The notes under the pieces: model-generated
Told to the model about the DNA's origin: nothing
What the model saw: only the letters and a program-made list of their open reading frames with translations
Database searches by the model: none
In this document: piece by piece, positions 17,974 to 26,490 of the stretch
Layout: the number at the start of each line of letters is the position of its first letter
Position numbering within the stretch: the first letter of the stretch is position 1
Position numbers and translations under genes: made by a program
Origin: Dehalococcoidia bacterium
GTDB lineage: Bacteria > Chloroflexota > Dehalococcoidia > DSTF01 > RBG-16-68-14
Direction: 5' to 3'
NCBI GenBank assembly: GCA_040882355.1
Contig: JBBEBM010000019.1
Location: 1-36,476, forward strand
Length of the DNA stretch: 36,476 nt

Positions 17974-19332
17974 ATGCTCTGCAGCGCCGTGCCTGCGGTC
18001 TCGCTCAGGCGTGCTCGTTTGCTTGTTGCGGCGGCCCTCTTGCTCATCGGCGTCGCCGCTGCCTGCGCGCCTTCGATCGACCAGCGTGAGGCCGTGCACG
18101 TCCTCACCTACGACGGCACCGTCGACCCGGTGATGGCGCGGTACATCGATCGCGGCATCGACGAGGCGGAGGACACCGACGCTCGTGCGGTCGTGCTGCG
18201 CCTCGACACACCGGGCGGCCTCGTCTCCTCCATGGAAGACATCGTCAAGCGCATCAACAAGTCGGAGGTGCCGGTGATCGTCTACGTCTGGCCATCGGGT
18301 GCGCACGCGGCCTCCGCCGGCACGTTCATCACGATGGCCGGCCACGTCGCGGCGATGGCGCCGGCGACGCGCATCGGCGCGGCGAGCGCCGTCGGCCCGG
18401 GCGGCGAGGACATCGAGGGCACGCTGGGCGACAAGGTCGAGGAGGACCTCGCGGCCCTGCTCCGCAGCATCGCCGAAGAGCGCGGCCGGAACGTCGAGTG
18501 GGCCGAGGACGCCGTGCGAAACGCCGTCTCCGCCAGCTCCGACGAGGCGGTGGAGCTGGACGTCGTCGACTTCGAGGCCCAAACGCTCGAAGGCGTGCTC
18601 GAACGTGCCGATGCACGTACCGTGAACCTGGGCGAGGCGGGCCGCGAAGTGACGATCGACGTGCTCGATGCCCCCATCGTGGAGAACAACCGCACGCCCG
18701 TCGAGCGCTTCCTGGCGCTCCTCAGCGACCCGAACATCGCGTTCCTCCTGCTCAGCCTGGGCGCGCTCGGCCTGATCTTCGAGTTCGCCGTGCCCGGCCA
18801 CATCTTCCCCGGCGTCTTCGGCGCGATCGCGCTCGTGCTCGCGTTCTTCGCGCTTGGCACGCTGCCGGTGAACTGGGCGGGCGTGGCGCTGATCCTGGTC
18901 GCATTCGTCCTCTTCGGCCTCGAGGCGTACATCGCCGGCTTCGGGGCGTTGGGCTTAGGAGGGATCGTCGCGCTCATCCTCGGTGGCCTGATCCTGACCA
19001 GCAGCAGCAACCCGGAGTTCCAGGTGAATCGCTGGCTCGTCATCGGCCTGTCTGTTGTGCTGGGCGCGTTCGTCTTGAGCGCCGTCAGCGCCTTGGTGCG
19101 CACGCGGCGCATGCCCGCGTATACTGGCTCGCAGGCGCTCGTCGGCCGCGTCGCCGTCGCGCGCACCGCGCTCGATCCCGAGGGCCTCGTGTTCGTCGAG
19201 GGCGCTCGCTGGCAAGCCACCGCGGAGGACGCGCCGGTGAACCAGGGCGAGCGAGTGACGATCACCGAGGTTCGCGGATTGAAGCTGAAGGTAAAGAAGG
19301 CGCGGGAAGCGCCAGAGGCGCAAGAAAGGTAG
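17974..19332 (+). CDS. NfeD family membrane-bound serine protease (long form)
   Basis: LDTPGG, AASAGTFI, MAPATRIGAA, TM bundle, C-terminal OB fold (GLVFVEGARWQA). Confidence 0.93.
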   Translation: MLCSAVPAVSLRRARLLVAAALLLIGVAAACAPSIDQREAVHVLTYDGTVDPVMARYIDRGIDEAEDTDARAVVLRLDTPGGLVSSMEDIVKRINKSEVPVIVYVWPSGAHAASAGTFITMAGHVAAMAPATRIGAASAVGPGGEDIEGTLGDKVEEDLAALLRSIAEERGRNVEWAEDAVRNAVSASSDEAVELDVVDFEAQTLEGVLERADARTVNLGEAGREVTIDVLDAPIVENNRTPVERFLALLSDPNIAFLLLSLGALGLIFEFAVPGHIFPGVFGAIALVLAFFALGTLPVNWAGVALILVAFVLFGLEAYIAGFGALGLGGIVALILGGLILTSSSNPEFQVNRWLVIGLSVVLGAFVLSAVSALVRTRRMPAYTGSQALVGRVAVARTALDPEGLVFVEGARWQATAEDAPVNQGERVTITEVRGLKLKVKKAREAPEAQER

Positions 19333-19338
19333 GAGACC

Positions 19339-20217
19339 ATGGCCCGTTTCGCTCAGGTGCTGATGATGGGGTTGGGCTACATTCTGCTCATCCCGCTGTT
19401 GCCATTCGCGGTACGCATCGTGCAGGAGTACGAGCGAGGCGTGATCTTCCGGCTGGGGCGCTTGCAAGGCGCCAGGGGCCCCGGCCTGTTCGTGATCCTG
19501 CCGATCGTGGAGCGCATGGTGAAGGTCGACCTGCGCACCGTCACCATGGACGTGCCCAGCCAGGAGGCGATCACGAAGGATAACGTGACCGTCAAGGTGA
19601 ATGCGGTCGTCTACTTCCACGTGCTCAACCCGGAGGATGCCGTCGTCAACGTCATCGACCACATCCGCGCCACCTCCCAGATCTCCCAGACCACGCTGCG
19701 CAGCGTGTTGGGCCAGTCCGAGCTGGACGAACTCCTCGCAGCTCGAGAAGAGATCAATCAGCGCCTCCAGAAGATCATCGATGAGCAGACCGAGCCTTGG
19801 GGCGTGAAGGTGACGGTGGTCGAGCTCAAGGACGTGGAGCTGCCCCAGCCGATGCAGCGCGCCATGGCCCGGCAGGCCGAGGCCGAGCGTGAACGGCGAG
19901 CCAAGGTGATCAACGCCGAGGGTGAGTACCAGGCTGCGGAGCGTCTGGCCCAGGCCGGCCAGGTCATGTCGAGCCAGCCGGGGACCCTGCAGCTTCGTGT
20001 CCTCCAGACGCTTTCCGAGATCGCGACCGAGCGCAACAGCACGATCGTCTTCCCGGTGCCCGTCGATCTGATCGCGCAGTTCCTGCCCGGCGCCCAGGAA
20101 GAGGCTGCGCGCGTCGCTCAGGCTGCCGGTCCGCGGCCCGACGTGCCGCCGCCTTCGCCGGAGCCTCCCTCGCCACCGCCGCCCGCACCCGAACCGCCGG
20201 CGACGCTGCCGGCGTAG
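19339..20217 (+). CDS. SPFH/stomatin (slipin) family protein
   Basis: [39 protein letters not shown]; Pro-rich tail; classic partner of nfeD. Confidence 0.95.
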   Translation: MARFAQVLMMGLGYILLIPLLPFAVRIVQEYERGVIFRLGRLQGARGPGLFVILPIVERMVKVDLRTVTMDVPSQEAITKDNVTVKVNAVVYFHVLNPEDAVVNVIDHIRATSQISQTTLRSVLGQSELDELLAAREEINQRLQKIIDEQTEPWGVKVTVVELKDVELPQPMQRAMARQAEAERERRAKVINAEGEYQAAERLAQAGQVMSSQPGTLQLRVLQTLSEIATERNSTIVFPVPVDLIAQFLPGAQEEAARVAQAAGPRPDVPPPSPEPPSPPPPAPEPPATLPA

Positions 20218-20220
20218 CCG

Positions 20221-21015
20221 ATGCCCGCGGTCCGCGTCGCCACCGGCTTCGATCTGTTCTACCGCGAAAGCGGTGACGGCGATCCGATCCTCTGGATCAT
20301 GGGCCTCGGCAACGACCATCGCGGCTGGGCGCTCCAGGTGCCCGCGTTCCGCGACCGCTTCCGTTGCATCACCTACGACAACCGCGATTCCGGCCAGTCG
20401 CAGCGGGCGGACGGGCCGTACACTGTCGCCGACATGGCGGGGGACGCTGTCGCGCTGCTCGACGCGCTCGGGATCGAGCAGGCGCACGTCGTCGGCTTCT
20501 CGATGGGCGGCGGGCAGGCGCAGGAGCTCGCGATCCGCCACCCTGATCGCGTGAACAAGCTCGTCCTCTGCAGCACCTACACGTCGGGCGACCCGCGCGG
20601 CGAAGCGATCTTCCGGTCTCGCGTTCTGCTGCACGACCGGCTCACGGACGAGGAGTACCGGCGTGTGACGTTGCCCTGGGCCTACACGTATGAGGACTAC
20701 CAGCGTCCCGGCTTCATTCAAGACACGATCGAGGCGATCCTCAACGACCCGCATCCGCAGGACGCCGACGCTTATCGCCGTCAGATCGATGCCACGCTCT
20801 CCGTCGATACCGAGGCTCGCCTCGACCAGATCCGCGCGCCGACGCTGCTCGTGTTCGGCGAGGAAGACATCACGACGCCGCTGCGCTTCGCCCGCGCGCT
20901 CGAAGCCGGCATCCCGCACGCGCGGCTCGTGCTCGTGCCTGGCGCCGGCCACGGCCTGCCCTGGAGCCACCCCGACGCGTTGAATGAGGCGATACGGGCG
21001 TTCCTTGACGAGTAA
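20221..21015 (+). CDS. Alpha/beta-fold hydrolase
   Basis: GFSMGG nucleophile elbow, GEED, GAGH. Confidence 0.92.
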   Translation: MPAVRVATGFDLFYRESGDGDPILWIMGLGNDHRGWALQVPAFRDRFRCITYDNRDSGQSQRADGPYTVADMAGDAVALLDALGIEQAHVVGFSMGGGQAQELAIRHPDRVNKLVLCSTYTSGDPRGEAIFRSRVLLHDRLTDEEYRRVTLPWAYTYEDYQRPGFIQDTIEAILNDPHPQDADAYRRQIDATLSVDTEARLDQIRAPTLLVFGEEDITTPLRFARALEAGIPHARLVLVPGAGHGLPWSHPDALNEAIRAFLDE

Positions 21016-21047
21016 GTGCTCAGGGCTCGGCCGAGCGCACAGATCGC

Positions 21048-21794
21048 TCAGCGAAGGTTTCGGGTCAGCAGCTCCGCGTATGCCTTAGGGCGCACGTGAT
21101 ACGACTCACGGCAGCTGCTCATGATGCGGGCCGGTACGCATGCTCCGCCCAAGGCATTCCAAACGCGCTCCCAAGCATCATTCAGCGGTTGATGTACCGA
21201 GGCTTCGGTCCAGCCCAACTCCGCGCGAAGATAGGCGGAGCGATAGAGCCAGCGAAGGTGGCTTGGTCTTGTGGGTGGGGTGGCGCGGATCCACTTTTCT
21301 GATGGACGCTCTTGAGGCTCGTACAATCGGCCGAGGTTCAGACCCTCGGTTGCTGCCGGGACGTTTGCAACTGCGCGATCCAGTTCCCTGACCGCTTCAT
21401 CCAACTGCGGGAGATCCCGCTGGCGGAGCTGGTAGAACCTGACGGTCACCCTCGGCCACGCCACGACTCGCTTTCTGCACCGCTCTTTGTCCGCCTCCCG
21501 TTCCCAGGTCACTTGGCGGATCAATGGCATGGTCTTTGTGGGCGCCAGCATGTTAGGGACGATGTAGAGCGCCCTCGCTTCCAGCGGTCCGCCGACCGCC
21601 CGGAACTGGCGGAGCTTAAGAAAGGACTCGAGCCAGTCTCCATTGGGCCTGCGACTTCCTGAAGGGCGGATCGCGTATGGGCCCCTGACGATGTGCTCAA
21701 CGATGTCGTCTAGCGCACCGAAGCGAGGAAGGATCACGCGGAGGTTGTCCTTGACGTTCCAACCGGTCTTCTGAGCTGATAGCGATCTAGCCAT
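21048..21794 (-). CDS. Hypothetical protein (atypical composition)
   Basis: 248-codon ORF filling an otherwise non-coding gap; more A/T-ending codons than neighbours; GATAAT 8 nt upstream of ATG. Confidence 0.55.
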   Translation of the reverse strand: MARSLSAQKTGWNVKDNLRVILPRFGALDDIVEHIVRGPYAIRPSGSRRPNGDWLESFLKLRQFRAVGGPLEARALYIVPNMLAPTKTMPLIRQVTWEREADKERCRKRVVAWPRVTVRFYQLRQRDLPQLDEAVRELDRAVANVPAATEGLNLGRLYEPQERPSEKWIRATPPTRPSHLRWLYRSAYLRAELGWTEASVHQPLNDAWERVWNALGGACVPARIMSSCRESYHVRPKAYAELLTRNLR

Positions 21795-21823
21795 GTGGCA
21801 TCATTATCGTCGGACAGGCGTAG

Positions 21824-21861
21824 AAAAGACGCCACCCCGGCCCTTGGGCGGGGGTGGCGCG
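21824..21861 (-). terminator. Intrinsic terminator
   Basis: CGCCACCCC...GGGGTGGCG stem followed by TCTTTT on the minus strand. Confidence 0.75.
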
Positions 21862-21916
21862 TTAGTTGCTAGACCCAACGCCTAGCACGCCCCCCTCACG
21901 TCGGGGGACCCGACGC

Positions 21917-21988
21917 CTAGGAGACGTGCACCTCCAAGGAGTCGCGGATGACGCGAGGCGCTAAGCCATCGCAACGTTTATCATGCAT
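21917..21988 (-). CDS. Putative 23-aa small/leader peptide MHDKRCDGLAPRVIRDSLEVHVS
   Basis: Near-perfect SD AAAGGAGGTGA (21994-22004) at normal spacing; own promoter and terminator. Confidence 0.5.
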   Translation of the reverse strand: MHDKRCDGLAPRVIRDSLEVHVS

Positions 21989-22014
21989 CCGCATCACCTC
22001 CTTTCCTACTCGCG

Positions 22015-22044
22015 ATGCTATCACAGCCGCTCGGAGGCAGTCAA
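22015..22044 (-). promoter_or_regulatory. Sigma70-type promoter of the small transcript
   Basis: TTGACT-N18-TAGCAT with extended TG. Confidence 0.55.
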
Positions 22045-22136
22045 CCCGGCCACTCCCGTAGGGGAGGTCTTTCCCGCCGAAGGCGGGTCCGCGTCAAGCG
22101 GAAGGCCTCCCGCTGCGGCACCCCCACGGCGAACGA

Positions 22137-22589
22137 TCACGCTCGCCGCCGGACCGCGCGCTCCATCTCGCGCTGCGCGTCTCGTTTCGCGATGGCCGCG
22201 CGCTTGTCGTACTGCTTGCGACCTCGCACCAGCGCCATCTCCACCTTGGCGCGGCCGTCCTTCAGATAGAGCCGCAGCGGCACCAGGGTGAGGCCCTGTT
22301 GCTCAACGGCGCGCGTCAGCTCACGGATCTGGCTCTTGTGGAGCAGCAGCTTGCGCTTGCGCGTCGGCTCGTGGCCGAAGCGGCCCGCCGATTCGTACTG
22401 CGAGATGTGGGCGTTAAACAGCCAGAGCTCGCCGCGCTCGGGCCGGCCGAACGCCTCGCGCAGATTCACGCGGCCCTGGCGGATCGACTTGATCTCGCTG
22501 CCCTGAAGCACGAGGCCCGCCTCGACGCGCTCCAGCACCTCATAGTCGTGAAGCGCCTTGCGGTTGACGGCCACCTGCTGGACGGCCAT
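22137..22589 (-). CDS. smpB: SsrA-binding protein SmpB
   Basis: NRKALHDY, EAGLVLQGSEIKSIR, RKRKLLLHK, GRKQYDKR. Confidence 0.98.
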   Translation of the reverse strand: MAVQQVAVNRKALHDYEVLERVEAGLVLQGSEIKSIRQGRVNLREAFGRPERGELWLFNAHISQYESAGRFGHEPTRKRKLLLHKSQIRELTRAVEQQGLTLVPLRLYLKDGRAKVEMALVRGRKQYDKRAAIAKRDAQREMERAVRRRA

Positions 22590-22604
22590 CGCAGAGGGAG
22601 GCGG

Positions 22605-23876
22605 CTAGCGAACGCCGGACGGTGCAGGCTGGCTCGCCTGGAGGGTGTGCAGATGCTCGATAGCGCGCGCGAGCTGTGGGTCGGTGCTCGCGTCGTCGAC
22701 CCCGGGGGTGAAGACGACCTCAATGTCGGGCGTAATGCCGACTTCGTCGATCTGGACACCGGCAGGCGTCAGCCAGCGGGCAATCGTGACGAAGAGGGCG
22801 CCGCCGTCGCTCAGGTCGCGGGCGATGTTGACGGTGCCCTTGCCGAAGCTCTTCTCACCGACGATAGTCGCTCGACCGTTGTCCTTCAGCGCGGCGGCCA
22901 GCACCTCGGCGCCGCTCGCGCTGTACTGGTTCATCAGGATCACGATGGGAATGTCCGTCGCCGCTCCACCCTCGCGGGCGCTGAACACCTGCTCGCTGCC
23001 GTCACGGTGCTGTTCGATCAGGATCGTGCCGCTGTCCAGGAAGAGGTCGGCGCTGTCCACAGTCTCGCGGAGCAGGCCGCCGGGGTTGTTGCGCAGGTCC
23101 AGCACCAGACCCTGCTTGCTGCTCGCCACGGCCTCGTTCAGAGCGGCCTCCAGCTCCTGGGGCGTCAGCGCTGAGAACTCGGAGATGTGGATGTAGGCGA
23201 GGTCGGTCGCCTCGCTGCCGTCGGTGTTGCGCAGGGCGCCGCCGGGCGGCGCGGTCGTGACGCTCTCAACCTTGATCTCGTCGCGGGTGATCGTAACGTC
23301 CTCGGCTGTCCCGTCCGGGTGACGCAGCGAGAGCGTAACCTGCGTGCCCTTCTCGCCGCGGATCTTGAGGACAGCCTGGTCGACCGTCCAGCCTTGCGTC
23401 GACTCGCCGTTCACGGACACGATCACGTCGCCCGACTGAATGCCCGCTGCCTCCGCCGGGCTGTTCTTGATCGGCGCCACGATGACGATGTCGCTGCCTT
23501 GCTGCGAGACCGTTGCGCCGATGCCGTCGAAGCTCCCCGTCGGTCCGACCGAGACCTGGTAAGAGGATGGGTCGACGTAGAACGTGCCGGTGTCGTCCAG
23601 CGTGTCCAGCAGCCCGCTGACCGCCGCCTCGTACAACGCCTGGTCGTCCAGGTTCTCGCGGCTGACGTAATCGCGCTTCAGGATCTCGATGATCTGCTCG
23701 AGCGTTTCGAAGTTGACTTCGTCACTGCCTGAGCCGGCGGCTTCTTGCGGGTCGTCCTGCCCTTGCGCCGTCACGCTGCCATCGTTGCCGTTGGCGACGT
23801 AACCGAGCGTGAAGACGAGGGCGAGGAGCAGGGCTCCGAGGAGCGCCGCGAGGGACCAGGTGGCGGTTCGATGCAT
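22605..23876 (-). CDS. S41 family C-terminal processing peptidase (CtpA-like) with PDZ domain
   Basis: N-terminal TM, FDGIG PDZ loop, LDLRNNPGG, SASGAE (Ser), FGKG (Lys), GITPD. Confidence 0.94.
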   Translation of the reverse strand: MHRTATWSLAALLGALLLALVFTLGYVANGNDGSVTAQGQDDPQEAAGSGSDEVNFETLEQIIEILKRDYVSRENLDDQALYEAAVSGLLDTLDDTGTFYVDPSSYQVSVGPTGSFDGIGATVSQQGSDIVIVAPIKNSPAEAAGIQSGDVIVSVNGESTQGWTVDQAVLKIRGEKGTQVTLSLRHPDGTAEDVTITRDEIKVESVTTAPPGGALRNTDGSEATDLAYIHISEFSALTPQELEAALNEAVASSKQGLVLDLRNNPGGLLRETVDSADLFLDSGTILIEQHRDGSEQVFSAREGGAATDIPIVILMNQYSASGAEVLAAALKDNGRATIVGEKSFGKGTVNIARDLSDGGALFVTIARWLTPAGVQIDEVGITPDIEVVFTPGVDDASTDPQLARAIEHLHTLQASQPAPSGVR

Positions 23877-23978
23877 GGGTAAGTGGCTCCTTATGTTAGC
23901 CAGCGCCTGGGCCAGCGCTATTCAGTCTACCACGCTCAGCTTTGCGCGGACAACGCCGCAGGCGAGGCCCGAACGAAT

Positions 23979-24015
23979 GCCCCGCCCCTTCCTACAAAGA
24001 GAAAAGGGCGGGGCG
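23979..24015. terminator. GC-rich hairpin, possible terminator after the GGDEF gene
   Basis: GCCCCGCCCCTT...AAGGGCGGGGC inverted repeat; no clear U-tract. Confidence 0.4.
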
Positions 24016-24035
24016 AGGCCGTGCGTTACGCTCGT

Positions 24036-24890
24036 CTATTTCGCGCCGGCTGGCGCGATCACCTGGCCCTGCGCGATGAGGCGCCCGTCCTTGGCGGCGT
24101 AAAGGCGGTCATCGGCGAGCTGGAGCAGCTCCGTCACCGTGCGCGCCTCGTCCGGGCAGGCGGCGATGCCGAAGGACGCGCTCAGCGGCACGCCGGTGCC
24201 GAGGAGTCCGACGTACGTGCGGCTGGTCGAGATCGCCTTCGCCAGCTTGCGGGCCGTGACCTCTGCCTGCTCGCGAGGCGTGTCCGGCAGGAGGATGGCG
24301 AACTCGTCTCCGCCGTAGCGGGCGGCGATGTCGGCGCCGCGGACCTGGTTGCTGATCACCTGGCCGATGAAAGCGAGCAGCTTGTCGCCGACCAGGTGGC
24401 CGTATGTGTCGTTCACGTCCTTGAAGTGGTCCAGGTCCATCAGGATCACGGAGATCGGCCGGCCATAGCGGTTCGCCCGCTCCACCTCGTGACCGAGCTG
24501 CTCGTGGAAGTAGCGGTGGTTGTACAGGTCGGTCAGCGAGTCGCGGTAGGCCAGGCTGCGCAATCGCTGGCTCAGCTCCTCGAGATGCGTCGAGTACGCG
24601 CGCTCGATGCGCATGCCGCGCCAGCGCACGTACGACGCAAGGAGCACGCCGACGACGCCGGTGAGCAGGATGCCTGCCACCTCAACGATCTGCTGGGTCT
24701 CCGGCCCAACGAGGCGCGCGCCGCCGAGCGACCAGCCCACAATGGCGTACAGGAGTGGCACCATCAACCAGAGGACGCGGCTGGGGTTGCCATGCTTCGG
24801 CGTGCGGAGCACCGGCGGCGCGCTGTTCAGCGCCGGCGGTTCCGAGTCCGGAGCGGAGATGCGGGACTGGGAGATGGCTGGTGCGGCCAT
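24036..24890 (-). CDS. Membrane-anchored diguanylate cyclase (GGDEF)
   Basis: Two TM helices, DSLTDLYN, DLDHFKDVNDTYGHLVGD, RGAD I-site, RYGGDEF, ADDRLYAAK. Confidence 0.95.
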   Translation of the reverse strand: MAAPAISQSRISAPDSEPPALNSAPPVLRTPKHGNPSRVLWLMVPLLYAIVGWSLGGARLVGPETQQIVEVAGILLTGVVGVLLASYVRWRGMRIERAYSTHLEELSQRLRSLAYRDSLTDLYNHRYFHEQLGHEVERANRYGRPISVILMDLDHFKDVNDTYGHLVGDKLLAFIGQVISNQVRGADIAARYGGDEFAILLPDTPREQAEVTARKLAKAISTSRTYVGLLGTGVPLSASFGIAACPDEARTVTELLQLADDRLYAAKDGRLIAQGQVIAPAGAK

Positions 24891-24922
24891 GTCGAGCTAC
24901 CGATCTAGTCCTCTCGCAAGGA

Positions 24923-25025
24923 CGTGCCTTCGGTAGCGCGGCTGCCGTAGTCCGCCTCCGGCGGACGGTAGGCCCGGTGCGCTTTGCGCCCCCACCTTTC
25001 GGCGGGTTTGCCCTTTTCGAGCACG
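24923..25025 (-). promoter_or_regulatory. c-di-GMP-I (GEMM) riboswitch
   Basis: AAAAGGGCAAACCCGCC-GAAA-GGTGGGGGCGCAAAGC...GGCCTAC...GCTACCGA with P1 CGTGC/GCACG. Confidence 0.9.
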
Positions 25026-25134
25026 CTATTCGATTCGTTCGTTCCAGTAGATGAATCGACACAATCCGCCGGATCTGTTGGCCTTGGGGGAGAGATCGTC
25101 GATGGTCTTTGGTGCGACCGGCGTGCATCCGGGG

Positions 25135-26490
25135 CTAGAGCAGGCCTTCGCCTTTCATCTGGCGCAGCGTGCGCCGGAACGCCTCGATCGTATGCGCGAC
25201 GTCGCCTTCCTCGTGCGCGACCGACAGCATGCCGCCCGTGTCCATCAGGTCGACGCCCTCGTTGATCATGCCGCGTCGCAGGCCCGCGACGACCTCCGCC
25301 GACATGCGGGGCATCTGGTCGCCGGGCCGGCCCTGCCAGTCCCACGCGAAGCCGTCGGGTGGCGGGGCGCACTCGGCCCCGACGACCAGGTGGAACATCG
25401 AGGCGTGGCCGTAGGCGCAGCCCGGTACGCCCTCGCTCGCGAACGCCTCGTTCAGGCCGCGCACGAGCGTCCGGCAGAGGGCGCCGGCGTGGCGGTGCGG
25501 CTCGCCGGTGGCGACGACGCCCAGCGCGGCGCCGGCGGCGGCGGCCGACAGCGGGTTCGCGTTGAAGGTGCCCGGATGCGGGACACGATGGCTGAAGTCG
25601 CTCCGCCCGCTGTCGCGAAACTCGATGAGCGACACGACATCCTCGCGTCCGGCCACGGCGCCGCCTGGCAGCCCGCCCGCGAGCACCTTCGCCAGCGTGG
25701 TCATGTCGGGCATGACGCCCGTCGCCGCCTGGACGCCGCCCGGCGCGACGCGGAAGCCCGTCACGACCTCATCGAAGATCAGGATCGCGCCCGCCTTCGA
25801 CGTCTCTTCGCGCAGCAGCGGCAGCACGTCGAGGTCGAGCGGGACGGTGCCCCAGCCCGCGCCCGTCGGCTCGATGATCACGGCGGCGACATCTTCCTCG
25901 GCCAGCGTTGCGCGCAGCGCCTGGGCGTCGTGCTGCGGGATGACGACGACGTTGCCCAGCGTCGCGTCCGGCACACCCAGCGCGTGTGGGTGCGGGCCTT
26001 CGCGGTCGGTCACGCCGACGACATTGTCGTTCCAGCCGTGGAAGTGGTAGCGAAAGCGCACCAGCGTGTCGCGACCCGTGAACGCGCGCGCGAGCCGGAC
26101 CGCCATCATCGTCGCCTCCGTCCCGGAGCTGGTGAAGCGCACCTTCCGCGCGGACGGAATGAGCGCCTGGACGCGCTCCGCCCACGCGATCTCCAGCTCG
26201 TGCGACGCGCCGTAATGCGTGCCGCGCTCGATCTGACGCGCGACCGCCTCCCGCACGTCGGGGTAGTTGTGGCCGAGTAGCAGCGCGCCGTGGCCCATCA
26301 CGTAGTCGATGAGCTCGTTGCCGTCGACGTCCCACTTGCGCGAGCCCTGCGCGCGCTCGACGTAGAGCGGGAAGGGCGCGAAGTGGCGGATGTCGTGCGT
26401 GACGCCGTCCGGGAAGAGCGTCGACGCCCGCATGTGCAAGCGCAGTGACGTTGGGTGCAGCGCCTCGAACCGCTGGAGGATCGTCGTCAC
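25135..26490 (-). CDS. Class III aminotransferase (glutamate-1-semialdehyde aminomutase-like)
   Basis: DVDGNELIDY, RFTSSGTEATM, FHG, IFDEVVTGFR, LAKVLAGGLP, GTFNANP; GTG start overlaps upstream TGA. Confidence 0.92.
   Translation of the reverse strand: MTTILQRFEALHPTSLRLHMRASTLFPDGVTHDIRHFAPFPLYVERAQGSRKWDVDGNELIDYVMGHGALLLGHNYPDVREAVARQIERGTHYGASHELEIAWAERVQALIPSARKVRFTSSGTEATMMAVRLARAFTGRDTLVRFRYHFHGWNDNVVGVTDREGPHPHALGVPDATLGNVVVIPQHDAQALRATLAEEDVAAVIIEPTGAGWGTVPLDLDVLPLLREETSKAGAILIFDEVVTGFRVAPGGVQAATGVMPDMTTLAKVLAGGLPGGAVAGREDVVSLIEFRDSGRSDFSHRVPHPGTFNANPLSAAAAGAALGVVATGEPHRHAGALCRTLVRGLNEAFASEGVPGCAYGHASMFHLVVGAECAPPPDGFAWDWQGRPGDQMPRMSAEVVAGLRRGMINEGVDLMDTGGMLSVAHEEGDVAHTIEAFRRTLRQMKGEGLL

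Noticed and set aside
18955..20970. Long antisense ORFs (for example 671 aa here, also 15658-16848, 25051-26280, 30678-31991)
   Set aside because: Shadow ORFs opposite well-supported genes, expected in high-GC DNA; no recognisable motifs
21992..22006. 16S rRNA 3' end fragment (ATCACCTCCTTTC)
   Set aside because: No further rRNA similarity; better explained as a strong SD on the minus strand
21800..22136. tmRNA (ssrA) downstream of smpB
   Set aside because: No tRNA-Ala-like ends (no TTCGA T-loop or CCACCA), and no tag ORF ending in the usual hydrophobic-Ala-Ala in a fitting context
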